A DNA stretch of 63,778 nucleotides, filler included, from Choristocarpus tenellus KU-1152 (GCA_964200185.2; 5 parts of 5 records of this genome joined end to end with filler, not necessarily neighbours in it); one strand, 5' to 3'; numbered from the whole stretch's first letter, positions 1-13,402 are shown. The notes: a model not told the origin generated them from the sequence alone. Program-made: numbers and translations.

Positions 1-1833
1 AGGTTCAATCAAAAAGGGTCTGAGGGTGTGGTGGTCCGCTTCAGCCTTCTATTAGCATCATCCACCAGGTTTCTACAGCCAAAGAGTTAAATGAAGTCTG
101 CAAACTGCTAAGTGGATACTTTAATCATGAATCTTTACTCTGTAACTTCCAGAAATTGACACCTATTCTGTAAGATTATGTTCGAATCTCCTATAAAAAT
201 CATCATTTATCTTGTAAGGCCACCCATGTATTACTAATATCGTATATTGTTCGTACTTGTCAGAACTCAAGAAATAATCCTCACACTCTACGTCTGTTAC
301 AAATGTTCGTATTTCCTAAAACATAAAAAGAAAATGCTCGCGCTATTCGCGTGTAACAAATGCTCAAACTTTGTTGAAATACAAGAAGAAAAGCTCACGC
401 TATTCGCCTGTAACATTACTACTGTAAATACGACAGTTATCCTCAATCTTAATTCGTAAGACACTCTCTTCAAAACGAATTATCATTTAAAATATAGCAA
501 AGCAACATTGTCCCCTAAAAAATGTTATTCACAACAATGTAATGTGTACATTACTGTTCTTAAATCAGCCTTAGGCCTATGAAGGTGGATGAGAAGCTAG
601 GGTGGAAGCTCCTAAGAATCTGTTAACCCAAGAATCTGTCAGGCCCTCGGTATTTTTATCTAGAGAAAAAAAAAGTACAGACGAGAGAAGGTGTGTAGAC
701 CAAGTCTCAGGGACATCTCCAACGACACATCTCAGGTTGAGAGTCTCACTGAAGGGTTATTGGCTTGCCAAGTTCGAGAGGCGTATCCAACGACACATCT
801 CAGATTGAGAATCTCACCAAGTGTCTTCCCTATTTTCGAGTCCTAAGACACCTCCAGCGGCACATCTCTCATTGAGCGTGTTGCCAACACTCCTCGTCCT
901 CATTAACTGGTGCTGATTATCCGTGAGCTCTTTATACCACCACCTTTAGTCAGAATCTGTATTGATTCTTGGTCCCACCCACCTCTTGTAAAACCCCCCA
1001 TGGATTCTTGGTTTCAGTTCTGGTCAGATTCTCCATGGATTCATTGTCTCAAATACTCTTGAATGCCAATGGTCTCTTTTAGATCATCTTGCATTAATCT
1101 TCTTTCTTTGAGGTCATCATGAGCAACTCTCCTCATTTTTTGTGTTGCTGACTTTCAATTCAAGCTTCAGACTTGAGCTGGATCTATTCTGTTTCCATTC
1201 TGTTCACGTTTGTCCACTCACACCTTGTTCGTGCAGGTATGCACACTGTCTTGAGGTTGCCTTGGCCATCAATCTTAGCTCATCTCACTCTCCTCTTCAT
1301 GATCCCATTCCTGGCCATCTCACCGCTGTCTCATCAACACAACCCAGTGACTGTTTTCGCTACCCACGTTCAGAGACCTATCCCATATTCATATAGATAA
1401 CAAAAAATAATGTTGCAATAGAAACCAGAGAAGAGGAGAGAACATGTAAAGAGTACGACAAACATAACCACAGACAAGGCAACTGTATCAGATATACCAA
1501 CTTGTATGTACAATATTTGGATCAGAAAACAATAATAAAAAAATCAAAACCTGACACTATGAACACGTGCGATAACGAAGGGAAGGATCCCACGAATCCG
1601 TCAAACCTCTCCTACTCCATCGACCTGGGGTCTCTGGTATAAACTGCAAAACTCCTCTGAATATGGCCACTTGATCTGTGACTGGAAGAATCTGCTTCAA
1701 CTGATATTTTAACTCTCCCTTTCCGCTGGAATGTTTTTGTATCATAAATGCATCTATACAGAACTATGCTTCTGTACAGTTACTATAATGTGGTTCAGCC
1801 CAAGTATTGTTAAAAAAGTCAAACAGGACCTAA

Positions 1834-2277
1834 GAGCCAAACCGGTAAGAGGCAGATTTGGACCCTTTGCATTTTTAAAGCCGTCTTTCTTACCCAGTGG
1901 AATACACCCTATTTCATTGCTTTAAGTGCACAACAGCGTGTGCAAATTGATATACCCCTTTTCTACACACAAAGTGACACCACAATTTAGCAGAGGCACT
2001 TTCTGCAATCTTACAATACATCTTTTTGCCCTTTCTCAGGGCCATTAGAAAGCGATCCTGCCTACCTCTCAATTGATCTGGCTCTGTACATCACTCTCTT
2101 TCATTGCTTTTTGCGCACAATAAAATGTGCTCAAAATTGGTATCCCCCCTTTCCAGACACAAAGCGACACCACAATTCAGCATACACTCTTTATGAAATT
2201 GTATGAAATGTTGCCTTTTTGCCCTTTCTAAAGATCCTTAAAATGGAACCTTGCCTACGTCTGAATTGGTCTGACTC
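1834..2277. mobile_element. MITE family A: full copy 1834-2084 plus adjacent partial copy 2085-2277
   Basis: Imperfect TIRs GAGCCAAACCGGTAAGAGGCAG ... CCTACCTCTCAATTGATCTGGCTC; internal sequence shared with copies at 5517, 6793, 37069 and 43131. Confidence 0.75.
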
Positions 2278-4272
2278 CCAAACAATGTGGTAGTAACCAG
2301 GCTCCCATAGTAACATGCATTTAATACATTCTTACACTATTCTATATTGTTTTGGGGGGGGGGTAGGGTTAGGAGTACTCATAGTCCATACATTCTTTCA
2401 GTTCACAACCCCACCAGTTTGTACTCTGAAATACCTCTTACAGAAGAAAGTCACTTTTCATATGCATGGATAATAAAAAAAAAATCAATCTCTCAGGAAG
2501 GGTTGACTGCATATGAAAGGTAGCATTATTCCTCTTTTAAAAAATCCGCACGTGTCACTGCCCTGGTAGGTTCCTTGCTACCAGCCCTCTCCTGCTATTT
2601 TCACATCTACAGGAGATGAAGCAAAATTTCAGATGCCCATAATTAAGCATTATTTCGACATGTTGTACATCATCTTTTTTAACTTCCTGTCTCTTCCACC
2701 AACAAATTCACGATGTACCAAATTATCTCCAATTCAAAGATAGTACTCCAAAATTGACACCACTGTGAAGCCCTCTGACCGTATCTTATGAATCAAATGC
2801 TAGGAACAAGAACCGCCACGGTCCAATAAAAGTTATCAGAGGCTATAGCAGCAAAGGTTGCTAGCAGTACTTGGGTACGTGTTCTTCAACATACCTTGAC
2901 CTATACAGAGAAACTAACACTACAGTAGTGCAGGGTGCCACTATTTCCTTCTGTTCTCATCTTGATTGGTTAGGCTCTTGACATGCTCCTTTTAATCCCA
3001 TCGCCTTCGCAAAGGGGCACAGACTTTCTATCATGAGAGGCAATCATACCCCCCCTGCTGTTGAAGCAACCAACATTATATCACACCCACATTCGTATGT
3101 AGTTTCACGCAGTCATGATTTACCTTCTTTTCCACGAAAATGATGAAAGAGCCCACCCTTCATCATGTAGTTGGTCAAGGAGCAAGCATTGTTTGACCAA
3201 TTGTTAGCATTGATGGGCTACATCCTAAGTCACTGATGATTTTTTTGTTTGTGTAACCAAGCCAAGATACATATATATATCCAATGGCTGGATGCAAACA
3301 CTGCTCCTATTATTTTCTCTACACATCAATACATATGTCAACAACACAATGCTGCTCATAGATTTGCAACAGGAAAACTGTACACTCCATATACTAGCGC
3401 CCAAACCCCATCAAGAGACATGTCCATGACACCAAGGCACAACAAAAAAGGATAATATCAATTGCAATGAAACATCATTGCTCCAAATGCAGCAGCAAAA
3501 GGGGGGAGGGAGGGTATCTATTTGGTGTTGCTCTCCATTTGGATATAAATTTTTGTGTCTCACAAAGTCCTCACTATAGGCTAGTAGGCAGAGGCGTGCA
3601 TATGTAGCCCTCACAACAATACTCCTGCTGGATGATGATGAGGGATTGGGGGTTGAGTTCCCAGTTTGGCACACTTACAGTGCCTAATTAAAATCTTCCT
3701 TGGGGAATCCCTGTGCTAGCTCATTCATAAGCTTTCAGAAACTCAACTTGTGGTACATGTACACTGTAAGAAATTTTGGAACCTATTAAGACATGCAAAA
3801 ACTCTACTGAAGCAGGTTGAGGAGAGGGGTCGAACTCAACCATTTCCAGGTCATGCGCCCATATCAATAATGACATAATTTGATGGGCCAATGGTACACT
3901 TGGGGGAGATCTTCTTTGATCACATATGTGTTTCATCCTTCCCCCCCTGAACCCTTCTCAAGTTTCCCACACCTTCAAACATCATGGCTCTGGTTGAGGG
4001 GATACACCACAAAACAAGCATACCCTTCACATTAAATCTAAGATGAGAGCACTCCCTCCCACGGCCAATCTGGAGGCTTGCCTTGTGCTGCATTGGTCCT
4101 CTCCCCCCTGTCGCTGTTCAGGACGCCTCCTCTGTGGTCCACTATCTAGTGATCTCCAATATTGAAGGAGGAAAAACAGTGAAGACCCAGGAAATGGGGA
4201 TAGAGTGCACACAACTGCACCGCAGTTCACAGAGTATCTGATGGGTAACCCAGTGCTTATGTACTATAGAAA

Positions 4273-5151
4273 TTAAATGAGCAGCTGCTCAATCTGAGTT
4301 TTAAGTGTTTGGATCTGACCCATTAACTGAGATGCCTCGTTGCTCGTTACCGATGCAGAGATCACCGGGCGCGATACACCACAGGCACGCCCAAGCGCAA
4401 CCTGTAGCCAACCGTCCAAAAAATTGGCAGCGTTACAACAAATTCAACATGAAGAGGTTGACGCAGTGGTATGGGGTGGGAGGAAAGATGTAATATGGAG
4501 GAACAGGAAACGACGGGGAAAAAAATGAGTTCTTGTTCAGCATAGAAAAGAGTAACGAGCAACGGGTACAGGAAACCACACCTTGGAGGGCACAAAGACG
4601 TAGGGGACGTTCTTATCCTCACACAGGAGGGGCAAATGCAACAGAATCTCCAGAGGCTCTGCATCTGCCGCCATGACGATAAACTCGGAGATGCCACGGT
4701 TCAATGTCTTGGTGGCTGGGGCATCCAGAGGAGGGATTGGTGGGCGCGGTCTTAACATGGGCGAGCAAGACCATGGTGATGGATGAGAAATTGACGATTG
4801 ATACTTTCATTCTACTGGGCCAGTAGAGCAACACAGTTCAAGGAAGGAGCCTTAGAAAACTGGCCTCAGTGCAGACATGGTAAGCTATCCAGATGAAGGC
4901 AGGTTTGATGTGGTAGAAACTCGGAAGCCACGCCAAGTAGAAGCCAGGGTTAAACGGAATTTCCCGTTAATGCCTCACACACGGAGAAATTCTCTACCAT
5001 AGTCTTTAAGAACCAACCGAATCTCACCTTCATTAGCCCCCTTCTTGAGCTGCTTGTAGTTGGACGCTTGTTGCACCAGATCTAGGATGCTTACTGTTAG
5101 ATCCGGTCCGGAAAGGGGATAAGCCTTGGGGTTCACGCCGTCATCCGCCAT
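4273..5151 (-). CDS. SNU13: Snu13/15.5K (NHP2L1) L7Ae-family kink-turn binding protein, 128 aa, 3 exons
   Basis: Exons 5151-5028, 4715-4582, 4401-4273 with GT-AG introns and compatible phases give [128 protein letters not shown], the conserved Snu13 sequence. Confidence 0.97.
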
Positions 5152-5516
5152 ACTTTTTTCTTGTACTAACCGAAGGTCTTGTTTCTCAATGGGTAGTAGT
5201 AGGTGAAATGCTGAAAACGGTGACAGGTACCCTCAAAGCTACGCTATCATTGGGTGTGTTTGTGGGTGGTGGTTGTTATCCCAACAAAGAGGGAGTTGCA
5301 TAGACTGTGAAGGCCGCTTCCGAATGAGTGATCAATTGATATTAAACATCACTTCCATCCAGAACAAAAGTGACGAAGTGTACACTCGCTGAAGTGATAT
5401 CCTCCCACAGGACGACGGGTTCCTCGTGAAGAATAGGTCTGTTCGACATGTGAATGCCAGCAATCCATAAAGGGCAACCCTGATAGGGATCAAAATGGAG
5501 AGGCCATTCACATAGA

Positions 5517-5739
5517 GAACCAAACGAAATGAGAGGTGGGCAGGGTTGCATATTAAGGATCCCGAGAAAGGGCAGAAAGATGCTCCTTTCTACAATTGCG
5601 GAAAGAGTCTTTGCTTCATTGTGACGTCATTTTGTGTGTGGAAAGGGGGAATATCAACTTTGCGTCCACTGTTGTGGTAGGAAAGATTTTAAAGAATGCA
5701 AAAGTTCCTAACCTACCTACCTGTCAAACAGCTTGGCTC
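5517..5739. mobile_element. MITE family A copy (opposite orientation to 1834)
   Basis: GAACCAAACGAAATGAGAGGTGGGCAG ... CCTACCTGTCAAACAGCTTGGCTC; interior resembles the reverse complement of 1834-2084. Confidence 0.7.
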
Positions 5740-6792
5740 CCATCATTTACTCCAGACGATCTGGTGGGCGAACACGACTTCTTACTAGGTACAAAATGGG
5801 AGGTGTGTTCCTTATTGTATGTAGGACTCAACATCCATACTCCGAAGTATCTAAACTAATTCAAAACCATTACACCGATCCTTCAACTTTAACCTTCACC
5901 CCCTCCATCCACCCTATTTTTATTTATTGACTAGTTTATTGCTGGTGTCTAATAATATTACCCCTATATAGTCCAAGTGCCTCCTTTTTATTTTTATGTC
6001 AAACACGACTTCCTACAGCATTTTACACACGTTTAATTATGTCCAAAATATGACTTCATCGATCAAGCCATAGACCTGGTTGGACACCATCTGAAATCTT
6101 GCTCTCCATCTCGATTATCAATGGACCAATGAAATGTAGGCTTTATCGGCCTGTGAACCACCCCCCTGCTTACACATATTTGTGTAGTCGTAGAGGCAGT
6201 GCATTTGTGGTTGTGTATGTGACGATGATTATGATGATTCCTGGGCAACTACAGTAGACACCCCACGTTAACCAATCCTACGAAGAAACTCTGGCAGTGA
6301 TATAATATGTGCAGCTGGTCCAACCACAATCAGGAGGCTGGATACATGCCCAGCTCTTGGTTCATGTTCTCTCAAGTCTAGACCACTGTCGGGTACAACA
6401 GTCAAATCCAATAGGAGGGGAGAGGCGGTGGGTGGGGTTCAGTTTAGGTTTCCTTCTCAATGGAGTGGAGCTTTCGATTGTGTGATTAGTCTGATATTTG
6501 GTAGTACTATTATTCGTACAATATTTGTTGGTCCAGGCTACAAAATGTCAACAAAAAACTGCTGATGATTGCCACAAATTGAACTTTTTTGAGAAGATGT
6601 TATAGTTGAATGCACATCAGACCGTAATGGAATGCTCCAACCTACAACTCAACCAGACAAAATCACGGATTCCATTTTTTTTTTTTCAGGTTAAGCAGTA
6701 GGTAGAAGTCCAGTACTCCCGCAAATAAGTTATTAGCATTAATTTGCCAACATGTTTTCACTTTGTCTCGAGACTATTCTGACCTGTGGGAG

Positions 6793-7048
6793 AAGCCAAA
6801 GTAATTTGAGAGGTAGACAAGGTTGTATTTTAAGGATACCAAGAAACGGCAAAAAGACGCGATTTGTACAATTGCAGAAATAGCCTTTTCTGAATTGTTA
6901 TGTTGCTTTTTGTCAACAAAGGGGAAATCGATTTTGTATATACAATTGTGAACTTATAGCAATGCAATACGGTGTATTGCACAGGGTAAGAAAGATAGTC
7001 CAGAATGCAAGAGGACTCAAACCTGTCTACCTTCAATTACTTTGGCTG
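6793..7048. mobile_element. MITE family A copy
   Basis: TIRs AGCCAAAGTAATTTGAGAGGTAGACA ... TGTCTACCTTCAATTACTTTGGCT. Confidence 0.7.
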
Positions 7049-7260
7049 TCAGAGGTACTACACACTACACTGCTTCTGATAAAACCACTGTACCTAACTG
7101 TTGCACTACAACTATCTGTACTGCATTCACTTGTACCTTCCTCGTGATTTGGGTTCAGCCGTCCCTCAAATTTGCAGTGGACGCGATTCAGCATCACTCA
7201 GCTACAAACCCTTGCCACTTGGTTCTTGGTCTGGCGTTTTTATGGCATACCGACAAATAA

Positions 7261-8054
7261 GATAGTACAGGTGAAGAGCTTGCCAGATGGAGGTCGGACT
7301 GTTGAAAACCAGATTTGTGTAAATATATGTCTGATGTAGATGGGATACGAGCCATCGAAATACATGTGGGTAAGTGTCAGCGAGTCATGAGAACGCTTGG
7401 AATACGTAGATTTAATCCCCCACGATTCTCTTAATAGAAATGCTGTTTTTGATTGCCAAAATTCCACACAGTAACCATTACGAATTTTACATGGATCTTT
7501 TTGCCTGATCGGCATTTGACTGCTCCAGTGACATCTCTGACCGACCTGAACCGGCCCTATTAAAGCACACTTCAGAGTATTTCACTTGGACCAGCCCAGG
7601 CACGGTCTGGTTGAAACTCTTGTGGTCCTGGACTGTTCTCGTTAAAACATATTTTTCAAGGGCCAGTGTGCAGCATGGCATGGTTGAAATATCTGATGGC
7701 CATGGATTAAATGGTGTGTTAGCTGGACTGGCCTACTCAAGATGGGTCGGGCCACCCAGTGTCAAAATATGTCGGGAAGACCTTCCTCAGGTTTTGCAAA
7801 ATACATGCGGGAATATAACAATAATGTTACCATATTATCGACAGAGAGCTGCCCAAATGCACTCCATACCATATACGTGATGTGTTACACTGGGACTGTG
7901 GGCCAGCCCTCAGCCTGGTCCAGATATAATCATCCACAATCCTGAGCAGACCTTGTCTCATAAAACACGTTTCACTGGGACAGGCCTACGACCTGATACA
8001 GTTAGTTGAATTACCTGGTTCGAAAAATAGTCCTGGTTGTACACCTGTACTATC
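7261..8054. mobile_element. Non-autonomous TIR DNA transposon, possibly Tc1/mariner-like
   Basis: Perfect 13-bp inverted repeat GATAGTACAGGTG (7261) / CACCTGTACTATC (8042-8054), containing TA-CAGGTG...CACCTG-TA; no convincing internal ORF. Confidence 0.55.
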
Positions 8055-10475
8055 CTGTCTGCCCCTGTATATGTGTAGTATCACAGAAACAGGGAAAACC
8101 TGGAAGAAGATGGTGAGGCTCCATTGCTGAGCAACGTTGAGGCAAGTACTGCACAACAAGATTCAAGGGACCAGGAGAGACAAGTGGTGAAAAGGCTGAA
8201 CCCAGCGCGCAAGAAGCAACACATGGTCAGGACATTGAAATTAGGTCTCCAGTTTTAGTGCAAAGAGAAAATAAGTACATATTTAATGAGAAGTATTGCA
8301 GTGTGTAGTGCCTCTGAGCACGGTATAGTCCCCACACAAATACAGTGAAGACAACAATAGTAATAGGTTAAGTAAACAGGTACTATTTTAATTTGGTCAA
8401 CAATTATTCATGGAACAGATTTGAGGCCAAGGTCTGATTGAGGTCATTAAGACACAGATGTCATCATTTCTAAGAAATCAAAATTTGCAATATTGGAGAA
8501 AAATAGCAAAAATGTTGACTTCTTAGGCACTGAAGGTCATGTTTAGCCTAAACCTACATACACAAAATAAAATACTTGGACACCATCTGCCGTCTCATTC
8601 AGCCTTCAAAAGAAAGGTAGCAAAAATATCGGAACTTAGGTGGTACAACAGAATGCACAACGAATGGCCAGCCTCTCAAGAGTAGGAAGGGTGGTCATAG
8701 TCATTGCAATGTGGACAGTTTGTCCTGAGAAATTACGCACAAAACAACTCTAAAGGACTTCCCACAACATACACTGGGCACCGGAGTGGAAAGATGGCAA
8801 TTTCTCCTTGCTGGTGCATGATAACAACCCTTTGCACAGTCAACCCCTTACCAACTCGACCAACCAGCTCTTGAATTTCAAGGACTGCATCCCGTAGTTG
8901 GCGTTGCTGTGCTTTGTAAATTCAGGAGCATATTCACTGAGCTACAGAAATGCAAGTGGAGAGAGGCTGTGTCAGGGATTCAAATCCCTCCATGTGCAAG
9001 AAATGCACTATGTAAGACTGCTGGTTTGGAGGGAGATGGCAACACCATCACGAGTGGGGCAGAATGCTTCACTGGTACTGACCTATGACAAATGAACAGG
9101 ACTGGTGGCCCTGCGGAATCCTGAGCACCTTGTTCAACACAGGGAGTGCTAATCTGTATGACTTAGTGGATGCAATCCTAAGTGTACTAAGTAAGAGTTT
9201 GCAAAATTTTAGTTCTAAGTGCCTAAGAAGGTAACCCTGATGTGTTGATGCACCTGTAAACCAACAGTTGCCCACTGTATTAAAGTATTAACGTAGAGAT
9301 AACAGCCTTCCAGGCGCTACTCACATACTTTAAAAATGGAAGCTTTACAAAAGCACCCGGGTTTGATTGGGAAATGAGAAATCAAAGAGTGTGCAGCAAC
9401 TTACTAGTAAGAAGCATCGCTTACCAGTCAAAAAATTGTATGCAGTGCTCCAATTAAAATGGGCATCTCCCATAGGTGGTACACTTTCACATTTAAGATG
9501 CTATAGCTCAGGCTTGTACGGAAGTCAATGCCACAATCACCATGTATCAATACTGATTACATCATGAAAATGACAGATTTCCTACTTGTACAATAAACTT
9601 ACTCATTGCTATTTTCTTATTCCCCACATGAATTGGAGATAAGAACAGGAACAGGCGCACCCTGATAGTCTGTGATAAATGGTATTTCATATTCAATATT
9701 AACTACTCAATTAAGCCCTAGCATTTTCTTTAAGAAGCTACAAAAACTTCAACCATAGCCAGGCGGGCTTTAGTTTCTTGACACTCACCATCCAACTGTA
9801 GATCTTTGAACCAACTCACCATAGAGGCAAGGGGGTGAATGTTCCTTCAAAACCAGAAACCAGCGTTGTCTGACTTCCCCCCGCTTTGAACAGCAATACT
9901 GGATCACACTAAGTAATCAGCTCGACTACCTTCCCCCCACTTACCATCCAACTGAAAATATCCAATACCACACAAATCCTTGCCTAGGGTGAAGTTGTTA
10001 GGGATCACTTGGACTGGACTGGAAATCTGGTCCTATCAATGCTCAGGCCTCAACATGTGAATAGCTCAGCTCTGTGACTGGACCCAATCAAGCATGTCAT
10101 GAGTCCCTGTAATTCGATTTTGGTTTGAACACCAATCCTGGTTGTAAGAACTTGATAACAACCTCAAACTTGACCCCAACCATAATATCGTATGTTTTGC
10201 GCACTGAGACAAGGCCACTTCTAAGGCACATTTGAAAAATTAAGGACACACGCATGTGGAGATACAAGTGAAAAGTTTACTCAACACATGCCAGAGACCA
10301 GACATGTCTCCATATAATCCTAACGTTAAAATCCAATCCAACACTACTCAACCTCACAGCACACTAGTAAAGGGGAAGATAAATCAAGAAAGGTGCTCAC
10401 AATGATCACTTGGGGTGTCTTACAGATGGTCAGCAAGCAAGCATTAACATCAAGGCGTCCAGAACCCACAATTCA

Positions 10476-10807
10476 TCAGTCGAGTTCTAAATCTTCCAAA
10501 GCTCCTAATCCGAGTAAACGCGACTGTTCCTCCAACGGCATCTCCAGGAGCTCAAGCAGACGCGCATCATTAGCTGCAGACTTTTCTTCCATCTCAGCTA
10601 GCAATTTTTCCCGAAGTTGATTTGAATGATCAATGAACGGTTTCGTCAGCTTGATCATGCCTTCGCCGTCTTCGCTAGTCGGGTCTCCCTCCTCTGATCC
10701 TTCGCTCTCTGGTGTGGGACCAGACGCATCTTTTCCATTGACAAATACCCGCTCAATGTTTCGACGCGCTGCGTTTGGGGTGCGGACGGCAAACAGCATG
10801 AGATATC
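10476..10807 (-). CDS. Probable terminal exon of an unidentified protein (acidic linker, helical C-terminus)
   Basis: Acceptor GTGGCAG| at 10808, then open frame GYLMLFAVRTPNAARRNIERVF...REKLLAEMEEKSAANDARLLELLEMPLEEQSRLLGLGALEDLELD*. Candidate phase-compatible 30-nt upstream exon at 11138-11109. No family recognised. Confidence 0.4.
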
Positions 10808-13302
10808 CTGCCACATAGGCCATACCTCGCACTCAATTCATGCATCACTTCAACTGGGCAATTTGATTACAGGATGCCAGATATTAGTGGGCAAGATACA
10901 GGGAGATCAAGACCAAACCAAGTGAATGGTAGGGAAGAAAGAAACAACTCTATGAGAGTATGAATTTTATCCCTAGACTCACCAGATCAAACCACAATAA
11001 CGCAAATACCATCAAGTGGAATAAAGTAAATGAACCCTGCCAAATTGTATCGATGTTGCGATTGCATTCAAGTCTGCCTGTTGTGAGTCGAAATTGCATT
11101 TCACTCACCAGTTAGTACTGGTGTCAAAAACGCCCACGCTGACGACAATGTGAGAGCAAGTATTACTAATCGAAGCCTCATATCGCTCAGGGGGTCAGTC
11201 CTTCCAATACTTATCTATGTTCGTTATGTATTGGGTTAACATAGAGGAGGAGCCATTGAACAATGCCCTCCGTCAATTTATGAGAACCGACAACAGGATT
11301 GATTAAATTATTTGATTATGAAGTATTTATTTGAAGTAGTGTGTAAAGATTGTTGACACATATTAGCCTTGGATGAGACACATTGTACATTATTTATGGT
11401 TTTCCGTGTGCCCGCACAATTATGGATCTACCCGTGCGCCTTACCTTATCTCTCGATTTATTGGCAAAGGTGCTCGAGTTCACTACTACAGGACTTCAGG
11501 ATGTAGCCGAAGTTTCTTGTACTAGTTGGTGAGGCACCTTGGTGACTATTCATGACCTGGTACCAGCAATATGCGCCGAGACTGGAAGCTAATCTTTGAA
11601 TCTATGTTCTATGCTATGAGAAGTCCTTCATGTACCGTGTTATGCCTTCCGTTGCCAGTCATTCCACAAAAATGGTACCTTCCTACCTTTAATGTAACAT
11701 GTGAATCTGCCTCCTACTTTTCCCACTATTCCTTTCAAGGTACTTTCGGCAAGCCACAGCCATCTCTAAGCTCTCGCTTTCACTCGATAATGTGTGGCTC
11801 CGAGATAGACTTCGCTGGGCGGACGTCCTGTGTTGGCTAAAACGGCTTTGTCCAAGAGCTAATGGCTTGTCACTCAGGTTTGTTCTTGATCTTCCCATCC
11901 CGTGAAATCTACCTTCCTGGTCGCCACTTATACTGATCGAGTTGGAGTTTAGAATACAACCCCGTTCCCTGAAGAAATAATTTTTAGATTGTTGTCTTTT
12001 CGCTTTTTGAGGTCGGAGTAACCATTTCTCGTCATATATGTGTATATGTGTAGTGGGGTATTCACATCCCACCCTCCTCTTCCTGTTGGTTGATCCTCCT
12101 CCGTTTGTGATCCTTCAGAGTTCAGGTTCTCGGGTAGTTTTTCTAAGATGTAGAAGTCGCCATGAGGTATATATAGGTCCTATGGAATCCAGACCTTGAC
12201 ACAGGAAGTTTTCCATGTTTTATTGGCATATGATATGCGGGTTCTAAGAGCTTACTATATCTACTTTATCTTCTCGGGAAGGGTAATACTGGAGTCCCAT
12301 TCCTTGAAAATTCTGAACTGGCTACTCTGGGTACCAAGGAAATGATCTCTCAATACAGAGACAAAATATCCCGAGATAAGAGTAGTTGGCACCTTTGAAG
12401 TTCTGTGGTTATGTCTTGATGCTGACCCTTCTTGTCCAGAAGAATTGCATATGAGGAAGCCCACTTTATTGCACCTATACACTCTCAACCTCACGAGTGG
12501 AGACTGGGGTACACAGGGGGTAAAGAGAGGGAACATGCCATTGCGTCGACTATGGTACCATACGATGGATTTGACTATGGCAATCTGTCGGCCATGTCTG
12601 TCCTGTTGTGAGTTCCTTTAACCCCTGAAGGCAGATTATTGAGGGAGTTCCCATCAATATGCCAATCCCCAGTCGCCAATCAAATCTCGATTTCATGACT
12701 CTTTGTTTCTTCTTCTTGCTTCTGATCACAGGCGGTGTAATATCCCTGCAGGCATCCTTGAGGCTGCTCTTTCCTGCTGGGGTTGTTGTGCTTGTACTGA
12801 CTCCAAAACGGCTTGTACTGCCGGAGCAAATGGTGCCTATAGTCATTTCCGTAACATGGATTGGATCGTAGAAGATGGTGAAAGGGGTTGCATGTGTGGG
12901 GATGAGAGCAATGGTGAGCATTGCTCAGGTCACAGGCAAGGGCTCTCTTTTATTCACATCTCTAAGTGCTTTGATGTCCAGGGAGGAATTCTAGCACCAA
13001 TGCTCGCCAGGCATAGATCATTGGTGTCTGTTGCACTGGGGGATATTGATGTTGCTTGGTGTTTCGCTGTATGGCCTGCCACCATGCCTGTGGAAGGGGG
13101 CTACAAAGAATTGGCTGATACCAATGAAGGAGTTGAGAGACGAGAGGGATTGAGGAGGTGGGGGAGGGGCGAGTGGACCTTGGGACTGCAAGTGGAACCA
13201 ACATGTTGCCGGTGAATGTGTGAGAGGAACTTTGGGAAGGCTAGGGGTGGGGGATGAGGGATGGGATGAGATCATGCAGGTGATGGACAGGATGCCCAAG
13301 GG

Positions 13303-13402
13303 NNNNNNNNNNNNNNNNNNNNNNNNNNNNNNNNNNNNNNNNNNNNTTAATTAATTAANNNNNNNNNNNNNNNNNNNNNNNNNNNNNNNNNNNNNNNNNN
13401 NN
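13303..13402. other. Artificial contig linker N44-TTAATTAATTAA-N44
   Basis: Exactly 100 nt; core has stops in all six frames; identical at four places. Confidence 0.97.

Noticed and set aside
712-887. CRISPR array
   Set aside because: Only three diverged repeats, linkers resemble each other, eukaryotic context, no cas genes.
4716-5027. Intronic box C/D snoRNA or autoregulatory K-turn in SNU13 intron 1
   Set aside because: One CTGA on the sense strand but no RTGATGA box C or terminal stem.
5318-5400. Box C/D snoRNA upstream of SNU13 (GTGACGA...CTGA)
   Set aside because: No consensus box C and no recognisable rRNA-complementary guide.
8086-9235. Plus-strand gene or transposase
   Set aside because: One exon-like block, then stops in all frames and no recognisable motif.
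13347-13358. TTAATTAATTAA as a piggyBac site or biological motif
   Set aside because: Embedded in fixed-length N padding; assembly linker.
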